DNA of 64,000 bases from the human T2T-CHM13v2.0 reference genome, Homo sapiens: NCBI RefSeq assembly GCF_009914755.1, contig NC_060927.1. One strand, written 5' to 3'. The position numbers were made by a program, and so were the translations under genes. Position 1 is the stretch's first letter; each line of letters opens with the position of its first letter. Positions 61,522-64,000 of the stretch are shown in pieces. A model generated the notes under the pieces. The model saw only the letters and a list, made by a program, of their open reading frames with translations. It did not search any database and was not told the DNA's origin.

Positions 61522-63276
61522 TGATGTACCTACATTTTTTTCCCCAGTAAGATCCCTTTAATACTAACTCAATTAGAAAAGCAGCGAAGCATGGTGGTTA
61601 AGAACACGGCTTCAGCAGACAGGCTGGGTTCAAAACTCAGTTCCCTCACATACTAGCTGTCGACTGGCTTTTCCAGTTTCGAAGAAAATAGTTAGAATCC
61701 TAATTTACACAATATACAACAATAAATTTCGTCAGATTAAAAATCTAAATGTTAAAAAAGTAAGTAAATATTACAGGAAGATAGTTTTATCTTTTTGGGA
61801 GGGAGAAGACCTTCCCAAGTAAAACACCAAACCCAGTCAAACCAAAAAGGAAAAATATAGTCTATTAAAATTGTCAACTTCTTTGGGGCCAAAGAAACCA
61901 TAAATTAACATTGGAAAAAATGTGTAGCACATATAACAAAGAACTTTTACAAATCATTAAGACAGAACCATGTATAGGAAAATGTGATTCCCAGAAGAAA
62001 AATAAATGGTCACAAAACATTTGGAAAGATGCTCAACTTCACTAGTATTTAAAGAAATACAAAGTAAAATGAGAGTAATCTGGCAATATCTTTGAAAATT
62101 TACTGTCAGAGATTTTCTTCTATATGGACTTGCAGATAGTGAACTTAGAAATTGTACGTGTGGTCATTTGCTTTTACAAACTGGCTTTTTCCTTACTCTG
62201 ATTTTATCAGGCAGCATTAGATGAAACATCTTAAAAGACTCACATTATTTTCAGTTGTATCGGAAGTACAATCAAACTGGAAGTTTGGTGGAAGTCCACC
62301 TTTCTGCATTTTGCAGGCTAACATCCTGCAGGGAGATCTCACCCAGGCTATTCCACTGACCAGCCACCTCACCTTGGGTCAGCTCAGGCTCTGAGTTCGG
62401 ATGATTACTCTTAAAAGCAGGGGCTAGGAGGTGAGGTGATCTTTAAGGTCTTTTCTTGTTCTATGAATCTGTAATTAGAAGTCTTACCACAAGTGTTTAG
62501 TATTTATCCTCTTTAGAGTCTCTAAGTTCAAGGTTTAAGTGTGATTCATATCAAATCACCTTTCACCTTTCTCTGCCAGTAAATACTCAAATAAGCTGAA
62601 CTCCTTCCCAACCAGCAGCAATCCCTGTAAAGGCAAGTCACCCACGCACGGAAATGTTTCCCACACTGCTATTTTTTTTTTTTTTTTTTTTTTTAGGTAG
62701 ACACAAGGTTCTCCAGGCCACCTTTAAAGTTTACATTTAAGGCAAGAAATCATAGGTTCCCACGTGGAATTGGGATAAAACACAGAGGTGGGAGAGCTGT
62801 GGACTCATCTTAATGTCAAATAAGTTTACAGGGGCTGATGGGAGAGGAAGGAGGATGCTTTGTGCCCCTATCCTAACCAAGCTCCACTCTGTCCCCGTCT
62901 CTGAGGGGTCTCCCTTCTGGTGCTCCCCTCCTAACTCTCCTGCCTCGCTGTGGCGTGCGGATTCATTTTCTTCCACACATCCGCTTTCTTCTTGTTTGGG
63001 AGACGACTCCAGAAAGAGCCAACACAGCCTACGATGAGAACCCCTGTGCTGCACGTGGGTACCATCAAAGCAGCAAACGTCCTAAAAGCTTTTTGCACTT
63101 TAGGTTACTTTGTAGGCAAGGCCCACAGAGACGAAAGATGGCTTGAAAAATGCTGAAGAAATATTATAAATGTGTATCTTTGCAGAACAGCAATTCTAGT
63201 ACTATTACTATTCTTATTTCTATTCATTAGGTATACTGTTACTTTTGTTCACATTTTCTGATGAATCACAACTTAC

Positions 63277-63400
63277 ATCCATAAGCTGTCAACAGTTCTT
63301 CCGATGTTGGAGGTCGGTGGGGATCTTCATCCTCTCTAGGCGTTATGATGTTAATGCCATAGGTAGCTTCTAAAACATGTCTTGGAATATTCTGGCAAAC
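63277..63400 (-). CDS. LSG1: LSG1 internal exon (VCQNIPRHVLEATYGINIITPREDEDPHRPPTSEELLTAYG)
   Basis: Recognised LSG1 C-terminal-domain sequence; donor GGAT|GTAAGT; upstream intron appears to end in AC; 124 nt. Confidence 0.92.
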
Positions 63401-63416
63401 GTAGCTTGTCAGGGAA
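63401..63416 (-). other. LSG1: U12-type branch point and AC acceptor of an LSG1 AT-AC intron
   Basis: Minus strand reads TTCCCTGACAAGCTAC|GTT; the 5' end of the intron was not found inside the window. Confidence 0.75.
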
Positions 63417-64000
63417 TCCATTCTCTTGAACGGACTCCCTCCTCCCCATGGCATACAAATCGTGCCTCAAAGAACATGGCACTTCATTCCGCGTGTGACA
63501 AACACTCTCTCCTCTCCAAAGGAAGAGGATAGTTTTTGATTAATCTAAAAAGACTCAGTTGTTTTTTCCCTTTTAAACAAGGCCTTAAGCTCCCACGACT
63601 TTTCCATATGAATTCATTTAAAATAGTAATTTAAAATATATCTGAAACAGACTTTAAAGATGACACATTTTTACCCTGAAAAGATTACGCATTTGTGATT
63701 CTAATTTAGAGATAAAGCAAGGGGAGTCTCTGTTTCTAATGCCTACAGTTATGCAGGATTACTTTTCCTCCTTTGTCTCATCTCCCATAGTTTGTCCAAA
63801 TTTTCCTTAAGCCACTAACAATATTCTACCTTGTACTAGAGTTATTCAAGTACATGCCTCATGTGCCCCAACAGACTGATGCTTCGTAAAGGGCAGGAGC
63901 CATCTCTATTTATGCCCTATCCTCCACAGCACCTAACCTAAGGCTACCTGCAATAAATGATTCATGTCTCACTATTAATTTACAGAGAAACTTAAAAGGC

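Noticed and set aside
63401-63454. N-terminal part of the ORF 63266..63454 (MPWGGGSPFKRMDSLTSY) as LSG1 coding sequence
   Set aside because: Similarity to LSG1 starts at VCQNIP; the upstream part is intron containing the branch point

Overview
Human (primate) genomic DNA, very Alu-dense, not prokaryotic. I recognise it as the TMEM44-LSG1 locus (3q29, from recall). The whole TMEM44 coding region lies on the minus strand: 10 core exons from ATG 47846 to TAA 3130 splice in frame to 428 aa. It also has two in-frame cassette exons, a 141-nt TE-derived exon at 32253-32393 and a 30/33-nt NAGNAG microexon at 7640-7672. The last four coding exons and 3' UTR of LSG1 (60S export GTPase) lie at about 55420-63400, also on the minus strand. 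Nearly all ORFs in the supplied track are Alu, GC-rich or VNTR shadow ORFs. I found no wholly new biological system that I can support. The best leads are: (i) U12 minor-spliceosome intron signatures in both neighbouring genes (GT-AG type in TMEM44, AC-terminal in LSG1); (ii) a 26-copy 69-72-bp VNTR in TMEM44 intron 1 whose units carry sense-strand acceptor and donor motifs around a 50-nt frameshifting pseudo-exon; (iii) an LTR/L2 chimeric coding exon; (iv) a rearranged MADE1 forming a 110-nt miR-548-like hairpin; (v) a diverged internal duplication of the exon 7 flank; and (vi) LTR-donated poly(A) and splice signals. Exon coordinates were read by hand from splice sites; repeat boundaries and subfamily names are approximate.
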